Of a stretch of DNA of 55,961 nt, positions 1 to 7,285 are shown piece by piece. The position numbers and the translations under genes were made by a program. Source of the DNA: Candidatus Saccharimonadales bacterium (GTDB lineage: Bacteria > Patescibacteriota > Saccharimonadia > Saccharimonadales > UBA4665); the NCBI GenBank assembly GCA_038238095.1, contig JBBRXZ010000001.1, positions 1 through 55,961 of the forward strand, read 5' to 3'. Positions within the stretch are counted from its first letter, which is position 1. Each line of letters opens with the position of its first letter. Below the pieces are notes generated by a model, which had not been told where the DNA came from, made no database searches, and saw only the letters and a list, made by a program, of their open reading frames with translations.

Positions 1-1548
1 GGCGATAATGAATCTGGCAAATCTACAATTCTCGAAGCTATTCATCTTGTACTAAGTGGTATGTTTAGTGGACGCTATCTCAGGAATGAATTGACACAAT
101 ATATCTTTAACAATGAGGTTGTAGCTGAATATTTGTCTGAACTAGAGGCTCAAGGTACCGCCGAATTGCCTAGTGTGATCATCGAGGTCTATATCGAAGG
201 CGACAATCTTGCTAGATTTGAAGGAGATGATAATTCTGAGCGTAAGAATGGGTGTGGCATATCTCTGAAAATTGCTTTTGATGAAAAATATCAAAGCGAA
301 TACGAAGTGTTAGTCAAAGCTGGGAATATAAAGACCCTACCTCTTGAATACTATGATGTGTTTTGGAGTTCGTTCGCAAGAGAAGCTATAACAGCGAGGA
401 CAATACCCCTCAAGTCGGCTCTCATAGATTCAACTAGTAGTCGCTATCAAAATGGTTCAGATGTCTATATATCAAGAATTGTAAAAGATTTCTTAGAACC
501 AGCAGACGTAGTAGCAATATCTCAAGCACATAGAAAGATGAAGGACACATTCAGTGATGATGAGTCCGTAAAAACTATCAACTCAAAAATTAAGTTAGCT
601 ACTAACATCTCAAATAAAGACGTGAGACTATCCGTTGATTTGTCATCTAGGAATGCATGGGAAAATAGTCTGCTGACTTACTTAGATGACGTCCCTTTTC
701 ACTTCATCGGCAAGGGGGAGCAGTGTATTATCAAGACTAAGCTTGCTCTAAGTCATAAGAAATCACAGGAAGCAAACATAATACTTTTTGAAGAACCCGA
801 GAATCATCTTTCTCACACTAAACTAAACGAATTGATAAAAGAAGTATCAGATCATAGAGCCGGTAAACAAATAATCATATCGACTCATAGTAGTTTTGTT
901 GCAAATAAACTTGGGCTTGAAAGCCTAATACTTTTAAATGACCACAAAACTACTCGGCTTAATGACCTCTCGGATGAAACTAAATCGTTTTTTTCTAAGC
1001 TTTCTGGCTACGACACTCTGAGACTTATTCTTTGTAAAAAAGCGATACTGGTTGAGGGTGATTCAGATGAACTCATTGTGCAGAAAGCATACATGGGAAC
1101 TAACTCTAACGCCTTGCCTATAGAAAATGGGATAGATGTCATATCTGTCGGCACATCATTTCTTAGGTTTCTTGAGATTGCTAAAAAGATCAATAAATCC
1201 GTTGTAGTAGTGACCGATAATGACGGCAAACCTGATGCGGTTGAGAAAAAGTACAATGCTTATCTCGGTAAAAATGCAGTGAACACAATTAAAATCTGCT
1301 ATGACAAAAGTGTCGATACCGGGGAACTCGTGATTGACGGTGCTAAATTTAATTTCAATACTTTAGAGCCTAAGATTCTAAAAGTGAACTCTTTAGAATT
1401 ATTCAACAAAGTCTTCGGCAAAGCCTATAAAGACGTAGACGAAATGTACAAGCACATGAAAAGTAACAAAACGGAATGTGCTTTAAAAATATTCGATACT
1501 AGCGAAACAATAGTATTCCCACAATACATCTCTGATGCAATAAGTTAA
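1..1548 (+). CDS. OLD-family ATP-dependent endonuclease (ABC-type ATPase + TOPRIM), GajA-like; 5' end lies outside the window
   Basis: Frame 1 is open from nt 1 (GDNESGKSTILEAIHLVLSG = Walker A) into tracked ORF 61..1548. Walker B-like ILFEEPENHL, H-loop ISTHS, C-terminal TOPRIM motifs ILVEGDSDE and VVVTDNDG. Confidence 0.8.
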   Translation, partial: GDNESGKSTILEAIHLVLSGMFSGRYLRNELTQYIFNNEVVAEYLSELEAQGTAELPSVIIEVYIEGDNLARFEGDDNSERKNGCGISLKIAFDEKYQSEYEVLVKAGNIKTLPLEYYDVFWSSFAREAITARTIPLKSALIDSTSSRYQNGSDVYISRIVKDFLEPADVVAISQAHRKMKDTFSDDESVKTINSKIKLATNISNKDVRLSVDLSSRNAWENSLLTYLDDVPFHFIGKGEQCIIKTKLALSHKKSQEANIILFEEPENHLSHTKLNELIKEVSDHRAGKQIIISTHSSFVANKLGLESLILLNDHKTTRLNDLSDETKSFFSKLSGYDTLRLILCKKAILVEGDSDELIVQKAYMGTNSNALPIENGIDVISVGTSFLRFLEIAKKINKSVVVVTDNDGKPDAVEKKYNAYLGKNAVNTIKICYDKSVDTGELVIDGAKFNFNTLEPKILKVNSLELFNKVFGKAYKDVDEMYKHMKSNKTECALKIFDTSETIVFPQYISDAIS

Positions 1549-1550
1549 CT

Positions 1551-2657
1551 ATGGGCAACAATACGCTTTTAATCGCAGGAGCTGGCTCAGGTAAAACAAC
1601 TCACATAATTAATGATGCCCTAAAGAAAAATGAAGCGTCAATTCTGATTACCACATTTACACAGGCAAACGAGGAAGAGATTAAACGAAAGTTTATTGCG
1701 ATACATGGGTGCGTCCCCTCAAACGTGCACATTCAAACTTGGTTTTCTGTTTTACTGCAACACGGAGTAAGACCCTATCAGGGCGTGAAGTATCAAAAGA
1801 AAATAGAGGGTTTATTCTTGATAAGCGGTCAGTCAGCAACAGGAATAGCAGAGACGAATACAGCAAATCATTATTTTACGAAAGATGGGAAAATATATTC
1901 TGATAAGGTAGCTAAGTTTGCTATCAAGTGTAACGAGCAAGAAAGCAGCCCTGTCATTAACAGGCTTTCGAGAATATACACTGATATGTATGTAGATGAA
2001 GTGCAAGACCTCGCTGGCTATGACCTTGATTTCCTAAAACTTTTATTGGCATGCGACATGAATGTATGTCTCGTTGGTGATCCACGACAGGCGACTTATT
2101 CTACAAATCACTCTGCGAAGAATAAGCAGTATAAAAAGTCAGCCATAGTGAACTTCTTTGGCGATAAATCTATACAAATAGAGACCGATACCACATCGCT
2201 GAACACGAACTATCGTTGCAACAAGAGTATATGCGAAATATCAAATAAGCTTTACCCTGAGTTTGGAGCAGTACTCTCGGGCAATACGGACACCGACAAT
2301 CACACGGGCTTATATTTAGTTGGGATTCAAGATACCGCAAATTATCTTTCCGAGTTCGAGGCAATGCAGCTTAGAGACAGTGCAAAAAATAAGAAAATTG
2401 ACTCGAATTACAGCGTAATGACCTTCGGAAAAGCTAAAGGTTTAGAATTCAACAGGGTTATTATCTACCCAACTAAACCATTTATTGCTTGGCTGAAAGG
2501 ATCATCTACCGATCTCGCCCCAACTAGTAGGTCAAAATTGTATGTTGCCATTACAAGAGCAAAACTTAGTGTTGCCTTTGTTACTGACGAGTCTATAGAT
2601 ACTCACGGCATCAAGCGATGGGAGAACATTAGCAGTAAGGTTATAGTTAAGCTATGA
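1551..2657 (+). CDS. Minimal UvrD/PcrA-like SF1 helicase (GajB-like), 368 aa
   Basis: Walker A AGAGSGKT, motif II VDEVQD, motif III VGDPRQATY, C-terminal FGKAKGLEFNRVII and LYVAITRAK. Starts 2 nt after the upstream stop. Confidence 0.75.
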   Translation: MGNNTLLIAGAGSGKTTHIINDALKKNEASILITTFTQANEEEIKRKFIAIHGCVPSNVHIQTWFSVLLQHGVRPYQGVKYQKKIEGLFLISGQSATGIAETNTANHYFTKDGKIYSDKVAKFAIKCNEQESSPVINRLSRIYTDMYVDEVQDLAGYDLDFLKLLLACDMNVCLVGDPRQATYSTNHSAKNKQYKKSAIVNFFGDKSIQIETDTTSLNTNYRCNKSICEISNKLYPEFGAVLSGNTDTDNHTGLYLVGIQDTANYLSEFEAMQLRDSAKNKKIDSNYSVMTFGKAKGLEFNRVIIYPTKPFIAWLKGSSTDLAPTSRSKLYVAITRAKLSVAFVTDESIDTHGIKRWENISSKVIVKL

Positions 2658-4135
2658 AAATGCAAATATCAAAGTCTGAATACATGATGTTTCTTAAGCA
2701 CCCTGCTTGGTTGTGGCTTAAGAAGCACGATAAGGCAAAGCTTCCGCCAGTAGATGATAACACTCAGGCTATATTTGATGCTGGCAATCTTTTTGAAAGT
2801 TATGCCGAGCAACTCTTTCCCGATGGAGTAAAGATTGGGTTTAATGATTATAACGAGTATCTAAGTTTACCTGAACGTACCTCTAAAGCGTTAAGTGACG
2901 GAGCTAAAACAATCTTTCAAGGCCGGTTCGAGTATGACCAACTAACATTCATTTGCGACGTAATTCAAATTGTAGATACAAATGTGGTTGACCTCATTGA
3001 GATTAAATCCAGTACGAAGGCAAAAGCTGACCACGAATTTGATTTAGCGTTTCAGATGGTCGTGCTTGAAAATTGCGGATATGAAGTTCGCAACATCTCA
3101 GTCGTACATGTGAATAATCAGTTTGTAAGAAATGGTGAAGTGAAAGCCAGCGACATTACTGCAACCACAGACGTTAGCGAAGCCGTGAAATCTAAGAGAG
3201 ATTTAACAAAGCAACATATTGAGCAAGCTCTTAAAGTGGCGAACTCACAGACAATACCCGACATATCGTCTTCGCATGCTAGACTTGGGTCTTTTAATGA
3301 ATGGGTGGACATCTATAGGGGTTTGAAGCCCGTTGAACCTGAAAGCATCTATGACCTGTGTGTTGTTGGTGCGGAGCGAGTCGGTAAGCTTGAAAAGCTT
3401 AGAATTACCAAAATCAGCGATATTCCTGACGATTTTGAGCTTAGTGACAAACAGAAACTGCAAGTTAAAGCCACCAAGCTAAACCAGTTAATCCTTGAAA
3501 AGTACAAGATCAAAGAATATCTTGATTCATTCACGTTCCCACTTTATTTCTTTGATTACGAAACACTGGCAAGCATCGTGCCATATTTTGACGGCTTAAA
3601 GCCATATCAGCAATTGGCCTTCCAATACTCGCTTCACATTTTAGATAGTCCAGATGCAGAGCTAAGGCATGTTGAATATTTGCATCGTGAAAACTCTAAC
3701 CCTGCTGGACCATTAAGCAAAACTTTACAATCACAAATTGGGGATAGCGGATCTGTGATTACATGGAACATGAGCTTCGAGAAAAACTGCAACACACTGC
3801 TTGGGTCTATCGCATCAGAATACGCTGACTTTTACGAAAAGCTGAACGAGAGAATTGTGGATCTCATGATTCCTTTTTCAAAAGGTTGGTATGCTCATAA
3901 AGATTTCTATGGCAGTGCTTCAATTAAAAACGTATTGCCTGTAGTAGTGCCCGAACTTTCCTACAAGGCATTAGGAATACAGGAAGGTGGTTCTGCTCAG
4001 AGGTTATGGATGGATGCTGTGCTTGATGGCAAACGAGACGACCAAAAAGAACAGATTCTTGGTGACTTAGTCGAGTATTGCGGTCTAGACACACTCGCGA
4101 TGGTTGAAATCTACAAGAAACTTAGGAGTCTCTAG
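2654..4135 (+). CDS. Two-domain nuclease-like protein: N-terminal PD-(D/E)xK (Cas4/RecB-like) + C-terminal DEDDy exonuclease-like region (DUF2779-type)
   Basis: N-terminal CDVIQIV...DLIEIKSS...FQMVVLENCGY (D / ExK / QxxxY). C-terminal YFFDYET, WNMSFE, YCGLD resemble Exo I/II/III. PYQQLAFQYSLH recalls DUF2779 proteins (from memory). ATGA overlap with the helicase stop. Confidence 0.6.
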   Translation: MKMQISKSEYMMFLKHPAWLWLKKHDKAKLPPVDDNTQAIFDAGNLFESYAEQLFPDGVKIGFNDYNEYLSLPERTSKALSDGAKTIFQGRFEYDQLTFICDVIQIVDTNVVDLIEIKSSTKAKADHEFDLAFQMVVLENCGYEVRNISVVHVNNQFVRNGEVKASDITATTDVSEAVKSKRDLTKQHIEQALKVANSQTIPDISSSHARLGSFNEWVDIYRGLKPVEPESIYDLCVVGAERVGKLEKLRITKISDIPDDFELSDKQKLQVKATKLNQLILEKYKIKEYLDSFTFPLYFFDYETLASIVPYFDGLKPYQQLAFQYSLHILDSPDAELRHVEYLHRENSNPAGPLSKTLQSQIGDSGSVITWNMSFEKNCNTLLGSIASEYADFYEKLNERIVDLMIPFSKGWYAHKDFYGSASIKNVLPVVVPELSYKALGIQEGGSAQRLWMDAVLDGKRDDQKEQILGDLVEYCGLDTLAMVEIYKKLRSL

Positions 4136-4137
4136 TT

Positions 4138-4776
4138 ATGGACGTTGATCTTAAGAAGATTCTCTACAATATCAAAGGTAAAAAACTCCCTGTATCAGGA
4201 GGGTTAGGGCTAGATATAAACAGTCGAGTCATTATTGCTGAAACTTGTCATGATTTTGCGCTATCGCTAGTGAATGAAATTTCAAATGTCCTTATTAGTT
4301 TTTTCAAGATTGATCCCGTAACGGAAAAACAGACAGAAAAAGTTGAAGTTGATTCGTACAAGCTCGCTCGGGTCACAGTCACGTATGCGCACGAGGATGA
4401 TGATGGAGAAGAACTGAAGGAAGATGTAGTGCTGTACTTCGATATCTCATTATCTTATGGAAATATTGGACGATCACTTCAAGATGTTAAGTCAAAAGAA
4501 GAGATCGACATGCTTGTAGCCGATACTCAGGATAACTCGCACGCTACACGTTTATTGCCACATTTCGCTGATATGGTAGCTACATCAATTACTTATGGCT
4601 CAGTAGATCTGTTTGATGCTGATTTTGTCCATCTTTTCGACGTAACAGAAGATGATGCTAAGAGTGCAATAAAAATGCTGGACGAGTGTGGCCTGCTGGA
4701 TATACACGTTCACGAATACTACCAGAAATACTTTGGTCATATTTATCCAGAGGGATACTGGGAGATTATATGGTAG
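4138..4776 (+). CDS. Hypothetical protein (212 aa), acidic, no recognisable motif
   Basis: Long ORF starting 2 nt after the upstream stop, same strand and tight spacing as the flanking genes. Confidence 0.5.
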   Translation: MDVDLKKILYNIKGKKLPVSGGLGLDINSRVIIAETCHDFALSLVNEISNVLISFFKIDPVTEKQTEKVEVDSYKLARVTVTYAHEDDDGEELKEDVVLYFDISLSYGNIGRSLQDVKSKEEIDMLVADTQDNSHATRLLPHFADMVATSITYGSVDLFDADFVHLFDVTEDDAKSAIKMLDECGLLDIHVHEYYQKYFGHIYPEGYWEIIW

Positions 4777-5189
4777 CCATGAACGTCTACCTCGATATAG
4801 ATGGTGTACTACTCGCAAATGATCTAAATCCGGCAAACTACGCTAATGAGTTTCTGGAGTATGTCCTTACAAATTACCCAGATACGACTTATTGGCTTAC
4901 AACGCACTGTCAGGGTGATGCAAATGTACCAATTCAGCATATAGGTTATTTGTTTAAGCCTGAGACTGTCGAGCTAATGAAAAAGATAAAGCCTACGACT
5001 TGGGATCTTGCCAAGACAAGGGCTATAGATTTCTCGCAACCTTTTCTTTGGTTTGACGACGACTTGTTTTTTGAGGAGCGTGAAACGCTAACTAAGAATA
5101 ATGCAGTTGATAACTGGATAGAAGTAAATCTGCAAAAAGACCCAGATCAACTTAAGAAGTTTCTGACTTCTTTTCCTCTTCCAGTTTAG
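4770..5189 (+). CDS. HAD-superfamily phosphatase-like protein (about 139 aa)
   Basis: Motif I YLDIDGVL near the N-terminus and WFDDD near the C-terminus. Start chosen at ATG 4770 (ATGGTAG overlap with the upstream stop) or ATG 4779; the tracked start 4686 would overlap the upstream gene by 90 nt. Confidence 0.5.
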   Translation: MVAMNVYLDIDGVLLANDLNPANYANEFLEYVLTNYPDTTYWLTTHCQGDANVPIQHIGYLFKPETVELMKKIKPTTWDLAKTRAIDFSQPFLWFDDDLFFEERETLTKNNAVDNWIEVNLQKDPDQLKKFLTSFPLPV

Positions 5190-5275
5190 CTTTTCTTTTT
5201 TGCTCTAAGTCCATTTGAATGAGGACATCGAAATAGCCCGTAAGGTTCTTTAGCTCTTCTTCGGTTAACTTTTTA

Positions 5276-5851
5276 TCATCTGGTTTGTTGCTTTTTGACA
5301 TCCGATTTCCTTTTCTTAGCTTCAATTTGCTTGCGTTTCTCTAATGCTTCGTGCAACACGTTGGCTATATCAGGGTTCTCACGCTTCAGGATGATCATCT
5401 TACCGTTCTTAGCAGTTCTAGCCGTTATATGACCTCTAAGTACCAAATTACGTATGATTCTGGGCGTTAGCTCGCTAACTTCAGCGAGAACTTCAGGTGT
5501 AATGTGTTTTTGGTATTTTTTATCAGTATGGATATATTGGGGAAATAGCTTAGTATTGAACGCTTCGTAGCAATCGGGGCACTTCAAGCCGTTTTTGTCA
5601 TACCAGATTTGACCGTTAACCGTTCGTTTACAGAACGAGCAATTCCGACCGTCACTTAGGAACGAAAAACCTTTTGGTTCGTCCTCGAGTCTTCTGTCCC
5701 AACCATCGTGCTCAGTCTGACCATCATAGAGCACCTTCATCAAACTAATCAGCGAGTTTGCTTGGCGACGCATTTCAGCGTCAGATTCGTATACAATCCC
5801 TTTTTCGTCACTGATACGCTTGTATTCTTGATAATCCTTTTCTGTCAGCAT
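5276..5851 (-). CDS. Hypothetical zinc-ribbon protein with possible C-terminal HTH
   Basis: CSFCKRT...CPDCYEAF (CxxC-x17-CxxC). LAEVSELTPRIIRNLVLRGHITA is HTH-like. Start moved to ATG at 5851 (MLTEKDY), preceded by GGAAGGG. The tracked start at 5887 is a TTG. Confidence 0.45.
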   Translation of the reverse strand: MLTEKDYQEYKRISDEKGIVYESDAEMRRQANSLISLMKVLYDGQTEHDGWDRRLEDEPKGFSFLSDGRNCSFCKRTVNGQIWYDKNGLKCPDCYEAFNTKLFPQYIHTDKKYQKHITPEVLAEVSELTPRIIRNLVLRGHITARTAKNGKMIILKRENPDIANVLHEALEKRKQIEAKKRKSDVKKQQTR

Positions 5852-5892
5852 ATTTGACCCTTCCGCTACGTACCTATATTCTATCAATTATA

Positions 5893-5976
5893 GGGCTAGT
5901 AGTGTACGGAGCTCGCCATTTAGAAAGTCAAAGTTATCTACTTCGTTCTCCAACTCATCTATGAACCCCTGCCATT
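5893..5976. repeat. Direct repeat copy 1 (84 bp, about 82% identical to 7193..7276); minus strand reads as an orphan gene 3' end
   Basis: Hand alignment with 7193..7276 gives about 15 mismatches in 84. The minus frame gives WQGFIDELENEVDNFDFLNGELRTLLAL-stop with no usable start codon upstream (stop at 6065..6067). Confidence 0.75.
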
Positions 5977-5984
5977 GACATATG

Positions 5985-5993
5985 TGGTATAAT
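5985..5993 (+). promoter_or_regulatory. Extended -10 element (TGgTATAAT) upstream of the 6010 ORF
   Basis: tgtggtataat ends 17 nt before ATG 6010. The TTGACA at 5975..5980 is only 7 nt away, so it is not a matching -35. Confidence 0.35.
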
Positions 5994-6009
5994 GTAGTAA
6001 TGTTACTAT

Positions 6010-6432
6010 ATGAGTTTGTTTGAAGAAACGCCGGAAGGCTTACGCGACCAAATATGGAATAATATCAATGGAGTTAATCCAGATGACTGGTATGCGCATA
6101 GCGTAGGAAACCCTTATGGAATAGTACTCGTTGCTGCTCCAGCATACGGAGCGGCTACAGTTGAGGTAAATCTAGCGAATCACCCGTTTTTTGCTTCCGG
6201 TGGAGATAGCTTATCTATATGTTCTGATGTGAGCGGTTGCAGCAAAGATTTGAACACAACAAAAAGAATAGTTAACGCTGTGATCCACGGTGTTGAAATT
6301 GATGAATGTTATGACGGTGATTTGATTGTAGTTAACAACCGGGAGAGGCCAATAACTCCTGGCCTCATAGCTAAGTTTTCCGAACTAGTTGCAATCACCG
6401 AGTTTCAGGCTCCAGTACGTCGACCGCTTTAA
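6010..6432 (+). CDS. Hypothetical protein (140 aa)
   Basis: ORF only; no motif recognised. First gene of the repeat-bracketed cassette. Confidence 0.4.
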   Translation: MSLFEETPEGLRDQIWNNINGVNPDDWYAHSVGNPYGIVLVAAPAYGAATVEVNLANHPFFASGGDSLSICSDVSGCSKDLNTTKRIVNAVIHGVEIDECYDGDLIVVNNRERPITPGLIAKFSELVAITEFQAPVRRPL

Positions 6433-6555
6433 AGCCCGGGCGCTTATTGGGCCATGCTTGTCTAAGTATTGCTTCTGCTCTTTGAAAAGTGTAAGTGTCG
6501 TTTTCGATTCCGCTTTTTCTTAGGCTATGGGTGGGTTAAAAAGTATACTTAATAG

Positions 6556-7089
6556 ATGGCCAAGAAATCCATTACCTATGCCTTTATTGATAGTCAAAAT
6601 CTCAACCTAGGTGTTAAAAGTGCCGGCTGGACGCTGGACTTTCGCAAGTTTCGACTGTATCTCAAGAATAAGTATGGCGTGGAAAAAGCATACCTATTCA
6701 TAGGCCAAATGGTTGGCCAAGAGTCACTCTACGATCGTTTGCAAAACATGGGTTATCATCTGATCTTTAAGCCCACTACCGAGTATAAAGTGGCGGGCAA
6801 GACTGTAGTCAAAGGCAACGTGGACGCTGAACTCGTGCTATACGCTGCCGCTAAAGTCATCAATGAATACCATAAGGCTATTATCGTGACCGGCGACGGC
6901 GATTTTCATTGTCTGGTGGAATATTTGAAAGAACAGGATAAGTTACTGCACGTCATGGTGCCAAATGACAAATTTTCCAAACTGCTGCGACGGTTCACCA
7001 AGGACATTGTCAGAATCAACCCTCTCAGACCAAAATTACAATACACGCCAACTAAAAAGACCAGGAGTAGCGGTCGGTCGAAACCTTAG
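6556..7089 (+). CDS. NYN-domain (LabA/DUF88-like, PIN-like RNase fold) protein
   Basis: N-terminal AFIDSQNL, central acidic DAELV, and IVTGDGDFHCLVEYL are typical of NYN/LabA proteins. Confidence 0.7.
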   Translation: MAKKSITYAFIDSQNLNLGVKSAGWTLDFRKFRLYLKNKYGVEKAYLFIGQMVGQESLYDRLQNMGYHLIFKPTTEYKVAGKTVVKGNVDAELVLYAAAKVINEYHKAIIVTGDGDFHCLVEYLKEQDKLLHVMVPNDKFSKLLRRFTKDIVRINPLRPKLQYTPTKKTRSSGRSKP

Positions 7090-7192
7090 GCCTGCCTGGT
7101 CATGGTGATACTTGCAGTATAGCAAAAATTGACACCTTAGGCAATAGCCATTGGCTATCAATGCCACATACCTAGTTTATACTAGCAAGGAA

Positions 7193-7276
7193 GGGCCAGT
7201 AGTGTCTTGAGCTCACCGCTGAGAAAGTCAGAGCTATCAATTTCTTTCTCCAACTCATCCATGAACCCCTGCCAAT
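7193..7276. repeat. Direct repeat copy 2 (partner of 5893..5976); truncated gene 3' fragment on the minus strand
   Basis: Minus frame gives (stop)TNWQGFMDELEKEIDSSDFLSGELKTLLALPC-stop. An in-frame TAA lies two codons before the W. Confidence 0.75.
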
Positions 7277-7285
7277 TCGTTTATT

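Noticed and set aside
1008-1256. Minus-strand 82-aa ORF inside the OLD-family gene, and other 60-110-aa antisense ORFs inside trp, aro, tkt and trpS genes
   Set aside because: All are embedded antisense in, or out of frame with, confidently identified genes and carry no motifs.
4686-4769. N-terminal 28 codons of tracked ORF 4686..5189
   Set aside because: This stretch overlaps the 3' end of the preceding gene by 90 nt. The HAD motif I begins right after the internal ATGs at 4770 and 4779, which give the usual coupled-start geometry.
5147-5275. Protein-like open frame (KKLTEEELKNLTGYFDVLIQMDLEQKRKAKLEEEKKSETS) in the +1 frame just after the stop of the Zn-ribbon gene, suggesting a possible frameshifted C-terminus
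   Set aside because: The gene ends in a double stop (TGA TAA). The downstream frame has no start codon of its own, overlaps the HAD-like gene 3' end on the other strand, and is short and AT-rich enough to be open by chance.
6470-6491. 22-nt similarity (3 mismatches) between gcttctgctctttgaaaagtgt here and gcttctattttttgaaaagtgt at 54877..54898, both in intergenic DNA
   Set aside because: The match is too short and AT-rich, and I could not extend it on either side. It is insufficient to call a dispersed repeat.
7129-7165. TTGACA followed by the palindrome ATAGCCA-t-TGGCTAT downstream of the NYN gene
   Set aside because: No -10 element lies at a workable distance and no downstream gene is in the right orientation before repeat copy 2. 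A 7-bp palindrome alone is weak evidence.
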